Below, one piece after another: positions 1 to 8,246 of a stretch of DNA of 33,205 nt; the stretch's first letter is position 1, and every line of letters begins with the position of its first letter. The stretch covers positions 1 to 33,205 of IMG/VR virus record IMGVR_UViG_3300025018_000368; one strand, 5' to 3'. The position numbers and the translations under genes were made by a program. Source of the stretch: a virus. Taxonomy: Duplodnaviria; Caudoviricetes. The notes below the pieces were generated by a model. It saw nothing but the letters and a program-made list of their open reading frames with translations. It had not been told where the DNA came from and made no database searches.

Positions 1-562
1 GGGTGCTGGGCTTTTTTTTGTTCACCTTGTTAAACGCTTGATCTGCGTCGTCGGCTGCTTTCTTGGCTGCAGCGGCTGCAGCGGCGCGAGCTTCAGCCGC
101 TGCTTGTGCTTCCGCCCGCTGCTGTGCGAGCGCGGCTTCCTGGGCCTGGGCCTGGGCCTGGGCCTGGGCCTGGGCCTGGGCCAAGGCCTGTTCGCGTGCG
201 GTTTGTTCTGCCGCCCACTGCGCTTGTTGCTGTTCGGCGGCCTTTGCCTGCGCTGCTGCCTGGGCATCGGCTTGGGCTTGTTGCTGCGCCAGGGCTTGTT
301 GATTTGCTTTTTGCTGCGCTGCTGCTTGCGCTTTAGTTTCAGCCAGCGCGGCTGCCTGGGCCTCCGCCGTAGCTTTGGCCTCGGCTTGTTGCTGCGCCAG
401 GGCTTGCTCGTTGGCACGTTTGGTGGCTACAGCTTGCTCGTTGGCGAGCTTTACCTGTTGGGCTTGGGCGTCACGCTGGGCAGCTTGGGCCTTTTGGCCT
501 TGGTTGTAAGACGCGGCAACGGCAGCGCCGCCAACAATAACGGCTGCAACAAAGAAACTCAT
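1..562 (-). CDS. Ala/Gln-rich coiled-coil protein, probably virion-associated (runs off left edge; not in ORF track)
   Basis: ATG at 562 overlaps stop of upstream gene (ATGA); reads MSFFVAAVIVGGAAVAASYNQGQKAQAAQRDAQAQQ...KKAADDADQAFNKVNKKKPST with no stop to position 1; position matches the small gene preceding the portal in BPP-1-like phages. Confidence 0.8.
   Translation of the reverse strand, partial: MSFFVAAVIVGGAAVAASYNQGQKAQAAQRDAQAQQVKLANEQAVATKRANEQALAQQQAEAKATAEAQAAALAETKAQAAAQQKANQQALAQQQAQADAQAAAQAKAAEQQQAQWAAEQTAREQALAQAQAQAQAQAQAQEAALAQQRAEAQAAAEARAAAAAAAKKAADDADQAFNKVNKKKPST
139..180. repeat. (CCTGGG)7 hexanucleotide microsatellite encoding Ala-Gln repeats
   Basis: Seven perfect CCTGGG units read directly. 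Confidence 0.95.
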
Positions 563-1050
563 GTCGGGACTCCCTCAATCAGGTTGATAGGGCCGGTCAG
601 CCGCTCGTATTCGGCCCGGCTGTTGGTGACCAGCTCACGCTCGGCCTCTTCCACCGTGGTGGCTTGACAGGTGTGAAAGGTGGTCCACACCATCTCTTCG
701 AGTACCAGGCCAATGCGCTTGACGCCCGCCTTTTGCACAAACGTGACAGGCGCAACAATGTCGGCCTCAGTGCCGTCGGCATTGATCACCCGCACCCGGC
801 CCCGGGTCATGATGGCAATGGAGTCGTGCAGGTGGATGGCGCCGGTTAGCAAGGTGCCAGCCGGGACCGTGAACTCACGCGCATACATGCCATTGCAGAA
901 CCAGTTGCGCACGGGCGTGTCCACCTGGGGCTGCTCCTGCATCATGGCTTCCAGGCGGTAAATCTTTTCTTCCAGGGGCAGGCCCGTGTCGGCAGGCAAC
1001 AGGGCCAGCACAGAGGCGTCTTCGAGCATGGGGGTTAGGGCAACGGTCAT
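559..1050 (-). CDS. Cupin-like phage hypothetical protein
   Basis: NWFCNGMYAREFTVPAGTLLTGAIHLHDSIAIMTRGRVRV resembles cupin beta-barrel motif 1; coupled to downstream gene by ATGA. Confidence 0.65.
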   Translation of the reverse strand: MTVALTPMLEDASVLALLPADTGLPLEEKIYRLEAMMQEQPQVDTPVRNWFCNGMYAREFTVPAGTLLTGAIHLHDSIAIMTRGRVRVINADGTEADIVAPVTFVQKAGVKRIGLVLEEMVWTTFHTCQATTVEEAERELVTNSRAEYERLTGPINLIEGVPT

Positions 1051-1058
1051 AAGCCTGC

Positions 1059-1091
1059 AATTTATGCGGGCTCACGGGCGATGCGCGCACC
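1059..1091 (-). promoter_or_regulatory. Putative late promoter copy 1 (GGTGCGCGCAT-N16-TAAATT)
   Basis: Same 11-mer and 16-nt spacing to an nAAAnT hexamer at 3101-3133 and 24951-24983, each upstream of a late gene. Confidence 0.7.
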
Positions 1092-2636
1092 CTAGCGTTT
1101 GGCGTAGGGGTCGTAGTCGGCGCGCTTGCGGGCAGACTCAGCGCCAAAGCCCTTGGGCGCATCGAACTCAGGCACCGGATAGGCGAAGGTCAGCGCCAGC
1201 GCATCGGCGTCATCAGGGGACGCTAGGCCGCGCGCCTTCATGCCCTGCTTGCTCTCCAGCTGGATCTGGTCGGTGTTGGTGAACTGGTACTCCACGCTGG
1301 TCAGGTCCGTGGCCATGGCTTCGGACTTCTCCAGGCAACCCGTGGCCAGCCACTCACGCATCAGGCCCCACATCTCGGCGCGCTTGTTGAGGTACTTGCG
1401 CGCATCATCGGCCTTGCCGCCAAACTGCACCTCGACCGGGTCATGGCCGAGCTGGCGCAGCCTGTCCACCACGCCACCCCCTACCCCACCCCCGTCCACA
1501 AACACCACGGGCTTGAGCCCCAGGCCGCGCAAATAGTCCACATGCTCGGCCACCCTGGCGGCCAGCTGCATGGTATCAACCCCACGGTACCGCTTGGCCG
1601 CTATGCCTGCCGCGTCGCGCCCGATACGGGTGACGATCACGCTCTGGTCATCACCAAACCGGGCCACGTCCACCCCCACCGCGCAGTGACTGCCCACCAC
1701 CCGCTCGCGCACGGCTTCGCGCGCCATGGCCACGTCCACCCGGCCCCGGTCAATGAACTGCAGGCTTGACGCGTTGGGGAACACCCCCCGCACGCGCACC
1801 TTGACAAAGTCGCTGTTCTCGCCGTAGTCGGTCACCCACTGGTTCAGCAGCGTCTTGTTGGTAATGGCCACGCTGCGGCTGTCAATCTGGCGCGTGTTCC
1901 AGCGGTGCCGGTTCTTGCCAAAACATTCGGCGAAGGCCCCGGTGTTGCGGGTCGGGTTGCCAAACGCAAAGTGCATCGGCTCACCGTCGGTCTTGCCGCC
2001 CTCGGCCACTTCCCAAATCTTGGCCGGGATGGCGCTGGCCTCATCGAACAGGTACCAAGGCGTCGAGCTGGCCGCGTGCAGGCCCGCAAACGACTCGCTG
2101 TTCTCTTCCCGGCTGGTCTGTGCATCCACGCGCCAACTGTCGGGGAAAACGTTGTGGGTCAGGCGCATGGCCCCTTTGCCGGTGGTGATGGTGAACCAGT
2201 GCCTGACCACCGACTTAGCCAACCAGGTGCTGACACCGGCCCAGGTCTTGGAGCTGAGCTGTTCGCCGGTGTTGGCCGTCACCACCCCTTTGCTATGCGG
2301 GCGGGTGGACATGACCCACAAAGTCAGCCAGGCCGCCATGGCCGACTTGCCAATGCCGTGCCCCGAGCTGATGGCGTACTGCAGCGGGGCCACGGCATCA
2401 ACCCCGTTGAACCCGCGCTCGCATACGGCGCGCCCAATGTCGTCAAGCAACTCGCAGGCCCACGCATCCGGGCCAAAGGCGCAGTCGTAGACCAGATTCC
2501 AGGGGCTGGGCAGCGGTACCAGCTGCAGGCTAGGGTCACGGTCCCACGGAAAGGCGTACATCACAAACCCAAGCGGGTCGTCATAAAACGCGGCCAGGTC
2601 CGTGGCCAGCATCAACTCGGGGTTTTCAGCGGCCAC
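1092..2636 (-). CDS. terL: Terminase large subunit
   Basis: Walker A SGHGIGKS, Walker B YLFDEAS, GNPT motif, RNase H-like GVDVARFGDD, C-terminal SPDDADALALTF. Confidence 0.95.
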   Translation of the reverse strand: MAAENPELMLATDLAAFYDDPLGFVMYAFPWDRDPSLQLVPLPSPWNLVYDCAFGPDAWACELLDDIGRAVCERGFNGVDAVAPLQYAISSGHGIGKSAMAAWLTLWVMSTRPHSKGVVTANTGEQLSSKTWAGVSTWLAKSVVRHWFTITTGKGAMRLTHNVFPDSWRVDAQTSREENSESFAGLHAASSTPWYLFDEASAIPAKIWEVAEGGKTDGEPMHFAFGNPTRNTGAFAECFGKNRHRWNTRQIDSRSVAITNKTLLNQWVTDYGENSDFVKVRVRGVFPNASSLQFIDRGRVDVAMAREAVRERVVGSHCAVGVDVARFGDDQSVIVTRIGRDAAGIAAKRYRGVDTMQLAARVAEHVDYLRGLGLKPVVFVDGGGVGGGVVDRLRQLGHDPVEVQFGGKADDARKYLNKRAEMWGLMREWLATGCLEKSEAMATDLTSVEYQFTNTDQIQLESKQGMKARGLASPDDADALALTFAYPVPEFDAPKGFGAESARKRADYDPYAKR

Positions 2637-3093
2637 TGCGTTTACGTGCTTCGGTCAAGATGCCCACCGTGTCCACCTGGCCACTGTGCTCCACCTGTTG
2701 CTTGTCCCCGTAGCGCTTCGGGTCCCACTTGGCCAACAGCTTCAGCCTGGTCTCAATCTGCAGCTTGCGATGCCCCAGCATATCCCCGCGCTTGAGCTCG
2801 ATGGCCTCGGGCACCACCACCTCACCTTCCCGGTTCTTGACGGCCGGCGTAACCCTCTCTTCGACACCTACCACGGGCGTGTCGCTGATGGACAAACAAT
2901 CATCTGCAATGGCGTCATACCCGATTTCTCGGGCGCGTGCGATGCGTTGGGAAACGTTCTCATTCTCATTTGCCCAATCGTAAACCACGGTCCGGTCCGG
3001 CATGTGCACGTCGCGGCAAATTTGAGCCAGCGGCTCACCCTTGCTCAAACGGGCGCATATCTCGGTAATGAGGGATTCTCGGTCTGTGTACAT
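2626..3093 (-). CDS. terS: Terminase small subunit
   Basis: N-terminal ICARLSKGEPLAQICRDVHMPDRTVVYDW HTH and RKLQIETRLKLLAKWDPKRYGDK motif; overlaps terL start. Confidence 0.9.
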   Translation of the reverse strand: MYTDRESLITEICARLSKGEPLAQICRDVHMPDRTVVYDWANENENVSQRIARAREIGYDAIADDCLSISDTPVVGVEERVTPAVKNREGEVVVPEAIELKRGDMLGHRKLQIETRLKLLAKWDPKRYGDKQQVEHSGQVDTVGILTEARKRSGR

Positions 3094-3100
3094 GGTTTGA

Positions 3101-3133
3101 ACTTTGCCCCCAAATTATTTCGATGCGCGCACC
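3101..3133 (-). promoter_or_regulatory. Putative late promoter copy 2 (GGTGCGCGCAT-N16-CAAAGT)
   Basis: Motif copy ending 7 nt before terS ATG. Confidence 0.7.
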
Positions 3134-3354
3134 TGTTTGAACCTGGCCACCGCCTGGCCCCGGCGCCTGCCCTTGATGATGTCGCGGGCATGGCCCTTGC
3201 TGATCTCAAACTTCTTGGCCAGCTTGCCGTAACCCCACCCGGCATTCCTCAATTCCCAAAACAAATCGACGTCGTGGTTCGTCAGCTTGGCACCCGTCTG
3301 GTCCTCACCAATTCGGCGCCCTGAATCGTTCACCGCGACGATTCGCGTGCTCAC
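3115..3354 (-). CDS. Small HTH DNA-binding protein, candidate late-gene activator
   Basis: GAKLTNHDV...GWGYGKLAKKFEISKGHARDII HTH-like pattern; sits between replication and packaging genes. Confidence 0.7.
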   Translation of the reverse strand: MSTRIVAVNDSGRRIGEDQTGAKLTNHDVDLFWELRNAGWGYGKLAKKFEISKGHARDIIKGRRRGQAVARFKQVRASK

Positions 3355-3443
3355 CCCACCACCCCGTAAAAATTTACACGTTCACCAAACGAAAAACAAA
3401 GGCGTAAAAAATTACCCGTTCGATTCAGGACAGCCCCGTCTTT

Positions 3444-3556
3444 ACCGGACAGACAGGACAGGTCTCTTAGACACCTGTCCCTGTCCGTCCGGTTTGCAAG
3501 ACTGCACAGACCGGACGGACAAGCAGAAAATAAGCTGCTTGTCCTGTCCGTCCGGT
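3444..3556. repeat. Two tandem inverted-repeat pairs built of GGAC units; putative replication origin
   Basis: ACCGGAC at 3444 and 3510, GTCCGGT ending at 3493 and 3556, extended by GGACA/TGTCC units; AT-rich flanks; directly downstream of primase-helicase. Confidence 0.7.
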
Positions 3557-3586
3557 TTAAAGCTGTAAAAATTTGCATGTTATTTT

Positions 3587-5674
3587 TTACAAGTACAAGG
3601 AAATACAACCGTCTTCCAGGACATATTCGCCCTCGTCGTCGGCCAAAATGCTTGTCAAAGTGCGGCTGGCTGCACGTCTGTTGCTTTCGCCAATGCCTTC
3701 AGGCGATCTGCGCAACACCTCGTCAATGACCGCTTTCTTTTCGATGCCCGTGGTCTGCACCAGCGTCAGTTCACCCAGCACCTCAAGCACCCGCGCGGCC
3801 CACTTGCCGGTACCCTTGTTGGCACCGGCACCGCCCTTCAAGGGCACCGGCACCGCGGCTTCCAGCACCACGCAACTGGTCAGCACCTCGCCGTCCTCGT
3901 CCACCCCAACCGGCACCACCCCCAGATCAAAACCCCACTCCAGGCCGTCTTCACCGTCCTTTTGCTTGGTGGAGCGCAGCATCCGCCCGGTGGGTGACTT
4001 GACCACCTCCAGCTCAGCATCAGCGGCCGCGCGCAGCCCCGACCAGCCCCGGGCCCCCTTGCTGCTGTCCTTGCCCGCGTGGTGCACCAGGATGACCACG
4101 GCGCCCGTGGCCTTGTGGATACCCTTACAGTGCTGCAGCGCCTTGCCCACGTCTTCGCCCGCGTTCTCGTTGGCGCCAGGCATCACCTGGGCGAAGGTGT
4201 CCACAATCACCACGCTGACCGGGCCCCCCGCAATGATGGCCTTGCACACATCCAGCGCGTCGTCCTTGACCATCAGGTTAGGCGCGGCATTGATCACCCC
4301 CAGATCCAGCCCGGCCAGGTCCAGCTCGTGGGCATGCGCGTAAGCCTTGAGGCGGTTACGAAACCCGCCCGCACCTTCGGCCGCCACATACACCACCCGG
4401 CCCTGCTTGACCTTGCGGCCACGCCACGCCACGCCACGGGCTATGGCCCCCGCAATGTCCAGCGCCACAAACGACTTGCCCGATCCCGACTCACCAAACA
4501 GCACCACCAGCTCGGCCCTGGGCAGCAAGCCCTTGACAACCCAGGTGGGGGGTGGGCCACTGGCAAACGCATTGGCGGGCAGCACCTCGAACCGGTGCCT
4601 GGGGGCGGCTGGCGCGGGGATGCCCTCCACTTTTTGGAGCCCATCCTCGACCACATCGAAGTCGTCGGCATCGCCCACCAGCTCGGTCGGCGCCACGGCT
4701 TGCAGCTCGGGCACCGCGGGCACCGCGGGCATCAGGTTCTCAAAGTCCTGCAGCCCCGCCACTGGGGTGGACTTGGCTTTGCCCTTTTGGCAATGCTCCA
4801 CCCACAAGTACATCAGCGCCCGGTCGCTGTCCTGGCGCCGGTGGTCCAGCGCCACCTCAAACGCCCACGGGTTCAGCGCCAGCAGGCTAAACACCTCATC
4901 ATCGCCCAGGCCCGCACCGTACAGCGCCACGGCCGCGGCAAACAGCGCCCGGCTACGGTCACCGCCATGGTCGCCCGCTGACAAAAACGCGGCCACGCTG
5001 GTGGGCAAGGGCAGGCTGTCCAGGCTGGGCAGCACCATCTCGTCCAGGATGTCGGGCATCTGCAAGCTGATCACCGTGGCCGTGGTCTTGGTCTTGGCGT
5101 ACAGGCCAGACAAACGCTCCAGCACCCCGTCAGCACTGGTGTGCACCTCGTGCTGGCTGGTCTTGAGTCGCTGGCCGGTTACGGTGAGAAAGCGCGGCTG
5201 GTGCCCGCCATACACCTCAATGCCGACCTCGTTGTTGGTCCAGTCGTTGGGAATGGCACCGCTGACCAAAATGCGCAGGCCGTTGCCCGACGGGCTCAAC
5301 TCGGTGTAACTGTCAAGCTGAGCGATCACCTCTTGCGCCCAAAGCTCAATCGTGTTGCCGGTGACACAGTTGTCCAGGTCAACCCCCACCACGTCATGCT
5401 CACCCGTCATCACGTAGCCAACACCGGCAAACAGACTGGGGTTGTCCTGGTAAGCCTTGAGCGCCACGTCGTAGCTGTACCAGCGCTCGGGCTTGGCCGT
5501 GCTGATGCCGTAGTACGGCGCCTTGGCGTGCGCCGGGATCTTGTCAAACTTCTGGCGCTTCTCGTTCCACACCGCGCGCCAGGGCGCCCAGCGCTGGTTT
5601 GCCTTGAGCGTGGCCGGGATGTTGTCGCCGTTGAACGGGCGGATGGTGGGGGGTTGTTTGGTTTGGGTCATCAT
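3587..5674 (-). CDS. Primase-polymerase (NrS-1-like) fused to RecA-family AAA_25 helicase
   Basis: N-terminal VGVDLDNC, YTELSPSGNGLRI, IEVY..RFLTVTG; C-terminal GESGSGKS, YVAAEG, VIVDT, LVHHAGK, ARGWSGL. Confidence 0.9.
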   Translation of the reverse strand: MMTQTKQPPTIRPFNGDNIPATLKANQRWAPWRAVWNEKRQKFDKIPAHAKAPYYGISTAKPERWYSYDVALKAYQDNPSLFAGVGYVMTGEHDVVGVDLDNCVTGNTIELWAQEVIAQLDSYTELSPSGNGLRILVSGAIPNDWTNNEVGIEVYGGHQPRFLTVTGQRLKTSQHEVHTSADGVLERLSGLYAKTKTTATVISLQMPDILDEMVLPSLDSLPLPTSVAAFLSAGDHGGDRSRALFAAAVALYGAGLGDDEVFSLLALNPWAFEVALDHRRQDSDRALMYLWVEHCQKGKAKSTPVAGLQDFENLMPAVPAVPELQAVAPTELVGDADDFDVVEDGLQKVEGIPAPAAPRHRFEVLPANAFASGPPPTWVVKGLLPRAELVVLFGESGSGKSFVALDIAGAIARGVAWRGRKVKQGRVVYVAAEGAGGFRNRLKAYAHAHELDLAGLDLGVINAAPNLMVKDDALDVCKAIIAGGPVSVVIVDTFAQVMPGANENAGEDVGKALQHCKGIHKATGAVVILVHHAGKDSSKGARGWSGLRAAADAELEVVKSPTGRMLRSTKQKDGEDGLEWGFDLGVVPVGVDEDGEVLTSCVVLEAAVPVPLKGGAGANKGTGKWAARVLEVLGELTLVQTTGIEKKAVIDEVLRRSPEGIGESNRRAASRTLTSILADDEGEYVLEDGCISLYL

Positions 5675-5683
5675 GCCGACACA

Positions 5684-5908
5684 TCAGCTTTGGGCCGCGT
5701 CGGCTTGGAACCGCTCGGGATAGATGATCTGGATCTCGGTGATCTCGTAGCCAAAGTGCCGCGCCAGCTTTTCAGCCAGGTTAGGGCGGGCCTTTTGCAT
5801 GCCGTTTTCAATGCGCGACAGGTTGCCGGTGTTGGTGCCCACGGCAGTGGATACATCGGCCAGAGTCTGGCCACGCTTGATACGGGTCTGTTTCAGGGGG
5901 CTGTGCAT
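5684..5908 (-). CDS. cro: Cro-like XRE HTH regulator
   Basis: LKQTRIKRGQTLADVSTAVGTNTGNLSRIENG HTH; ATG 5908 has AAGGA SD; the track start at 5947 overlaps the -10 box. Confidence 0.85.
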   Translation of the reverse strand: MHSPLKQTRIKRGQTLADVSTAVGTNTGNLSRIENGMQKARPNLAEKLARHFGYEITEIQIIYPERFQADAAQS

Positions 5909-5945
5909 GGGGGGTCGTTCCTTTGATAATTCGCATGTTTCCGTC

Positions 5946-5974
5946 ATTATGCGCTATGCGCACATTCAAATCAA
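5946..5974 (-). promoter_or_regulatory. Leftward early promoter TTGATT-N17-CATAAT overlapped by operator TGCGCTATGCGCA (5950-5962)
   Basis: Sigma70-like boxes with 17-nt spacer read on minus strand. Confidence 0.65.
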
Positions 5975-5995
5975 TAAATTATCGGTTTAAAGAAG

Positions 5996-6024
5996 TTGCG
6001 CTAAACGCATGAAAGATTTATAAA
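5996..6024 (+). promoter_or_regulatory. cI promoter TTGCGC-N17-TATAAA overlapped by operator TGCGCTAAACGCA (5997-6009)
   Basis: 17-nt spacing; predicted start falls at the cI GTG. Confidence 0.6.
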
Positions 6025-6030
6025 CACGAT

Positions 6031-6648
6031 GTGAAAAAAGAAGAACTTGGCCAGGCCATCAAACAATTACGCTCCAGCAAGGGTCTGAATCAGACCCAAC
6101 TCGGGGAAAGCATCGGCGTGGCCAGTGGAAATATCTCTCGCTATGAATCAGGCATAAACGCCCCGGACTTCGACAGACTTGGACCACTCGCGGACGCACT
6201 GGGCGTGTCGGTATCTGAACTATTCACGCTGGCCGAAACCGGCAATCTCGCCAGCGCGCCAGATATAAGTGGCTCTGTACCGTTGATCTCGTGGGTGCAG
6301 GCGGGCCACCCGCAAAACGAGGTCAACGATTCACACGCTGGGGAGGGCGAGCGAATTTTTACAACCTACAAAGTGCAAAAGCACACTTACGCACTGAGGG
6401 TGAAAGGCGACAGCATGGAGCCCAAGTTTCCAGACGGTGCCATTCTGATCGTTGAACCCGACGAGAACCCAAAGCCCGGAGCCTACGTTATCGTGCGCCA
6501 CAACGGGGGAGAGGCCACCTTCAAGCAGCTCATGCTTGATGGCAGTACCTATTACCTAAAACCGCTTAACCCACGCTACCCCATTCACGAGCTCAAGTCA
6601 GACTCGAAAGTATGTGGCGTGGTCAAACGAATGGAGATGGATGTATAA
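6031..6648 (+). CDS. cI: CI-like repressor (HTH plus S24 autopeptidase)
   Basis: N-terminal XRE HTH; VPLISWVQAG cleavage region, VKGDSMEP (Ser) and ATFKQL (Lys); divergent from cro. Confidence 0.95.
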   Translation: MKKEELGQAIKQLRSSKGLNQTQLGESIGVASGNISRYESGINAPDFDRLGPLADALGVSVSELFTLAETGNLASAPDISGSVPLISWVQAGHPQNEVNDSHAGEGERIFTTYKVQKHTYALRVKGDSMEPKFPDGAILIVEPDENPKPGAYVIVRHNGGEATFKQLMLDGSTYYLKPLNPRYPIHELKSDSKVCGVVKRMEMDV

Positions 6649-6768
6649 ATTTCCCCCCCCCCTAGTTTGATAACCATCACTCTGTAAAGCCCCACGTCAA
6701 GCTAAAAACAGACGTGTCGCGCTTACCGCGCCCACGCGGCCCGTGGGCTGTTTAAAAGGGAATTTAAT

Positions 6769-7029
6769 ATGCATAAAACAACAGCGATGATCCTAAACCT
6801 ACTGCAGGTGTTCGGCCTACTAATTGTTGTTCTGCAATCTGACAGCCACGGTCACGATTGGCCACTAAAAGATTCGCTAATCTTTTTGTTTCTTATCGCC
6901 GTGCCGGGCGTCACGATGCCTTTGCTGTATGACCTCGAAACAAAACATTCATGGTTTGGCCTTTTTCTGAAAAGAAAAAGGCTTGAAGAGATGGAAAAAA
7001 TTGACTCAATGAAAAAGCAAGACGCGTAG
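6769..7029 (+). CDS. Small two-TM membrane protein (immunity-region moron)
   Basis: AT-rich 86-aa ORF, two hydrophobic segments, basic tail, AAGGGA SD, followed by terminator. Confidence 0.7.
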   Translation: MHKTTAMILNLLQVFGLLIVVLQSDSHGHDWPLKDSLIFLFLIAVPGVTMPLLYDLETKHSWFGLFLKRKRLEEMEKIDSMKKQDA

Positions 7030-7052
7030 AAGCGACAACCGCGCATCGCACC

Positions 7053-7076
7053 AGCCCGCTTAACGCGGGCTTTTTT
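7053..7076 (+). terminator. Rho-independent terminator
   Basis: AGCCCGC-TTAAC-GCGGGCT stem followed by T run. Confidence 0.85.
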
Positions 7077-7136
7077 ACGTCTACGCAGCAACTACGTATC
7101 CGAATACGTATTTTTATTTTGCAAATATTTGCATTC

Positions 7137-7194
7137 TGCAATTGACGCATAGCAAATTATGCGTTTAGACTATAGGCATATTACGCAAAACGCA
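7137..7194 (+). promoter_or_regulatory. Rightward early promoter TTGACG(7142)-N18-TAGACT with three operator-like 13-mers
   Basis: TGCAATTGACGCA 7137, TGCGTTTAGACTA 7160, TACGCAAAACGCA 7182 resemble TGCGCTAAACGCA of the cro/cI gap. Confidence 0.65.
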
Positions 7195-7225
7195 TAATTT
7201 AACGCATTCAACCCCGAGGAACCTC

Positions 7226-7315
7226 ATGACGCCGATCCGCATTGCCACCACGCTGGTCTACCTGGTCAGCGCCCTTGTTGTCTACCTTGACCTTTTTGTC
7301 TGGAGAGCATTTTGA
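7226..7315 (+). CDS. 29-aa single-TM peptide (not in ORF track)
   Basis: GAGGA SD; MTPIRIATTLVYLVSALVVYLDLFVWRAF; stop overlaps next start (TTGA). Confidence 0.65.
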   Translation: MTPIRIATTLVYLVSALVVYLDLFVWRAF

Positions 7316-7725
7316 ACTACGCCTTTCACACCGACGAAGAACTGCTTCGTCACGCCAACATCGAATTCAACGCCCTGACCAGCACCCACCTGGAGTGCAT
7401 TTTGGTCGGCCGCTTTGAGACCCTGCTGGCCGATAAAGCCCTTGGCGACTTCGCCGTGGAAATCCTGGATGAATTTGACATGGGCGCCAGCAACACCCGC
7501 GAAATCGAGTCGCTGCGTGCGGCCCTGCAGTTTGCCAAAGACTTTGACGACCTGGCCTGGGTGCGCGAAATCATGGAGCAGATCACCGAGAGCGGCATCG
7601 ACACCGCCAAAGATCTCAAAGCCCGGCTTGAACGCGCCGACCAGATTGACGCTATCGCAGAAGACACCGCCGACGCCGTCAAAACCCTGAACCAATTTTT
7701 CAACCCCGCTCCCGCAACCCTCTGA
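7312..7725 (+). CDS. Hypothetical acidic helical protein
   Basis: 137-aa ORF in early operon, coupled to upstream peptide. Confidence 0.7.
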   Translation: MNYAFHTDEELLRHANIEFNALTSTHLECILVGRFETLLADKALGDFAVEILDEFDMGASNTREIESLRAALQFAKDFDDLAWVREIMEQITESGIDTAKDLKARLERADQIDAIAEDTADAVKTLNQFFNPAPATL

Positions 7726-7736
7726 AAGGTATCCCC

Positions 7737-8246
7737 ATGTCACTCGAACTTGCACTTGAAAAAAATACGGAAGCTCTGCTGTCCTTGCAGGCCATGCTGG
7801 CCAGCCTGACCCTCACCGCAACCGCCGCCGCCGTCCAAAGCCCAAAGTCTGCATCAGCCCCCGCGGCTGTGGCTGGCCAGACTACTGCCAAGGCCGCTGC
7901 GCCCACCAAGACGGCCAACGTATCCGCCCCGTCTGCAGCGTCTGCGGTGGCCGCTGCGCCAGCCTTGACTGCTGCGACCGCTGACCCAAAGCCTGTTGCG
8001 GCATCCCAACCTACGGAGATCGCCGCTGCGTCGCCTGCCTCAGAGCCCGTGGCGTCAAGCCCCGCCCCCTCTACCGTGACCGCGACGTATGAAGACGTCA
8101 AGACCCTGGTGCTGCAGGTGTCCAAGGAAAAGGGCCGTGACACCGCTGCAGGCGTGCTGGCCGGGTTTGGTGTTGCCAAGGCCCCCGAGCTCAATCCCGC
8201 CAAGTATGCAGACGCCGTGGCCCAGCTCAAGGCAGCACTGGCATGA
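7737..8246 (+). CDS. Hypothetical protein with Ala/Pro linker and helical C-terminal domain
   Basis: AAAGG SD; C-terminal [35 protein letters not shown] resembles the gene usually preceding DUF2800; ATGA overlap. Confidence 0.8.
   Translation: MSLELALEKNTEALLSLQAMLASLTLTATAAAVQSPKSASAPAAVAGQTTAKAAAPTKTANVSAPSAASAVAAAPALTAATADPKPVAASQPTEIAAASPASEPVASSPAPSTVTATYEDVKTLVLQVSKEKGRDTAAGVLAGFGVAKAPELNPAKYADAVAQLKAALA

Noticed and set aside
22-417. 131-aa Arg/Pro-rich ORF and plus-strand ORFs at 38-667
   Set aside because: Shadow frames of the Ala/Gln gene starting at 562, which the track missed because it runs off the edge
3351-3608. 85-aa minus-strand ORF across the repeat region
   Set aside because: Translation merely mirrors the DNA repeats (RTDR, CPS); better explained as a non-coding origin
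6029-6034. ATG-TGA minigene overlapping the cI GTG
   Set aside because: Probably lies at or upstream of the predicted transcription start; no evidence beyond chance
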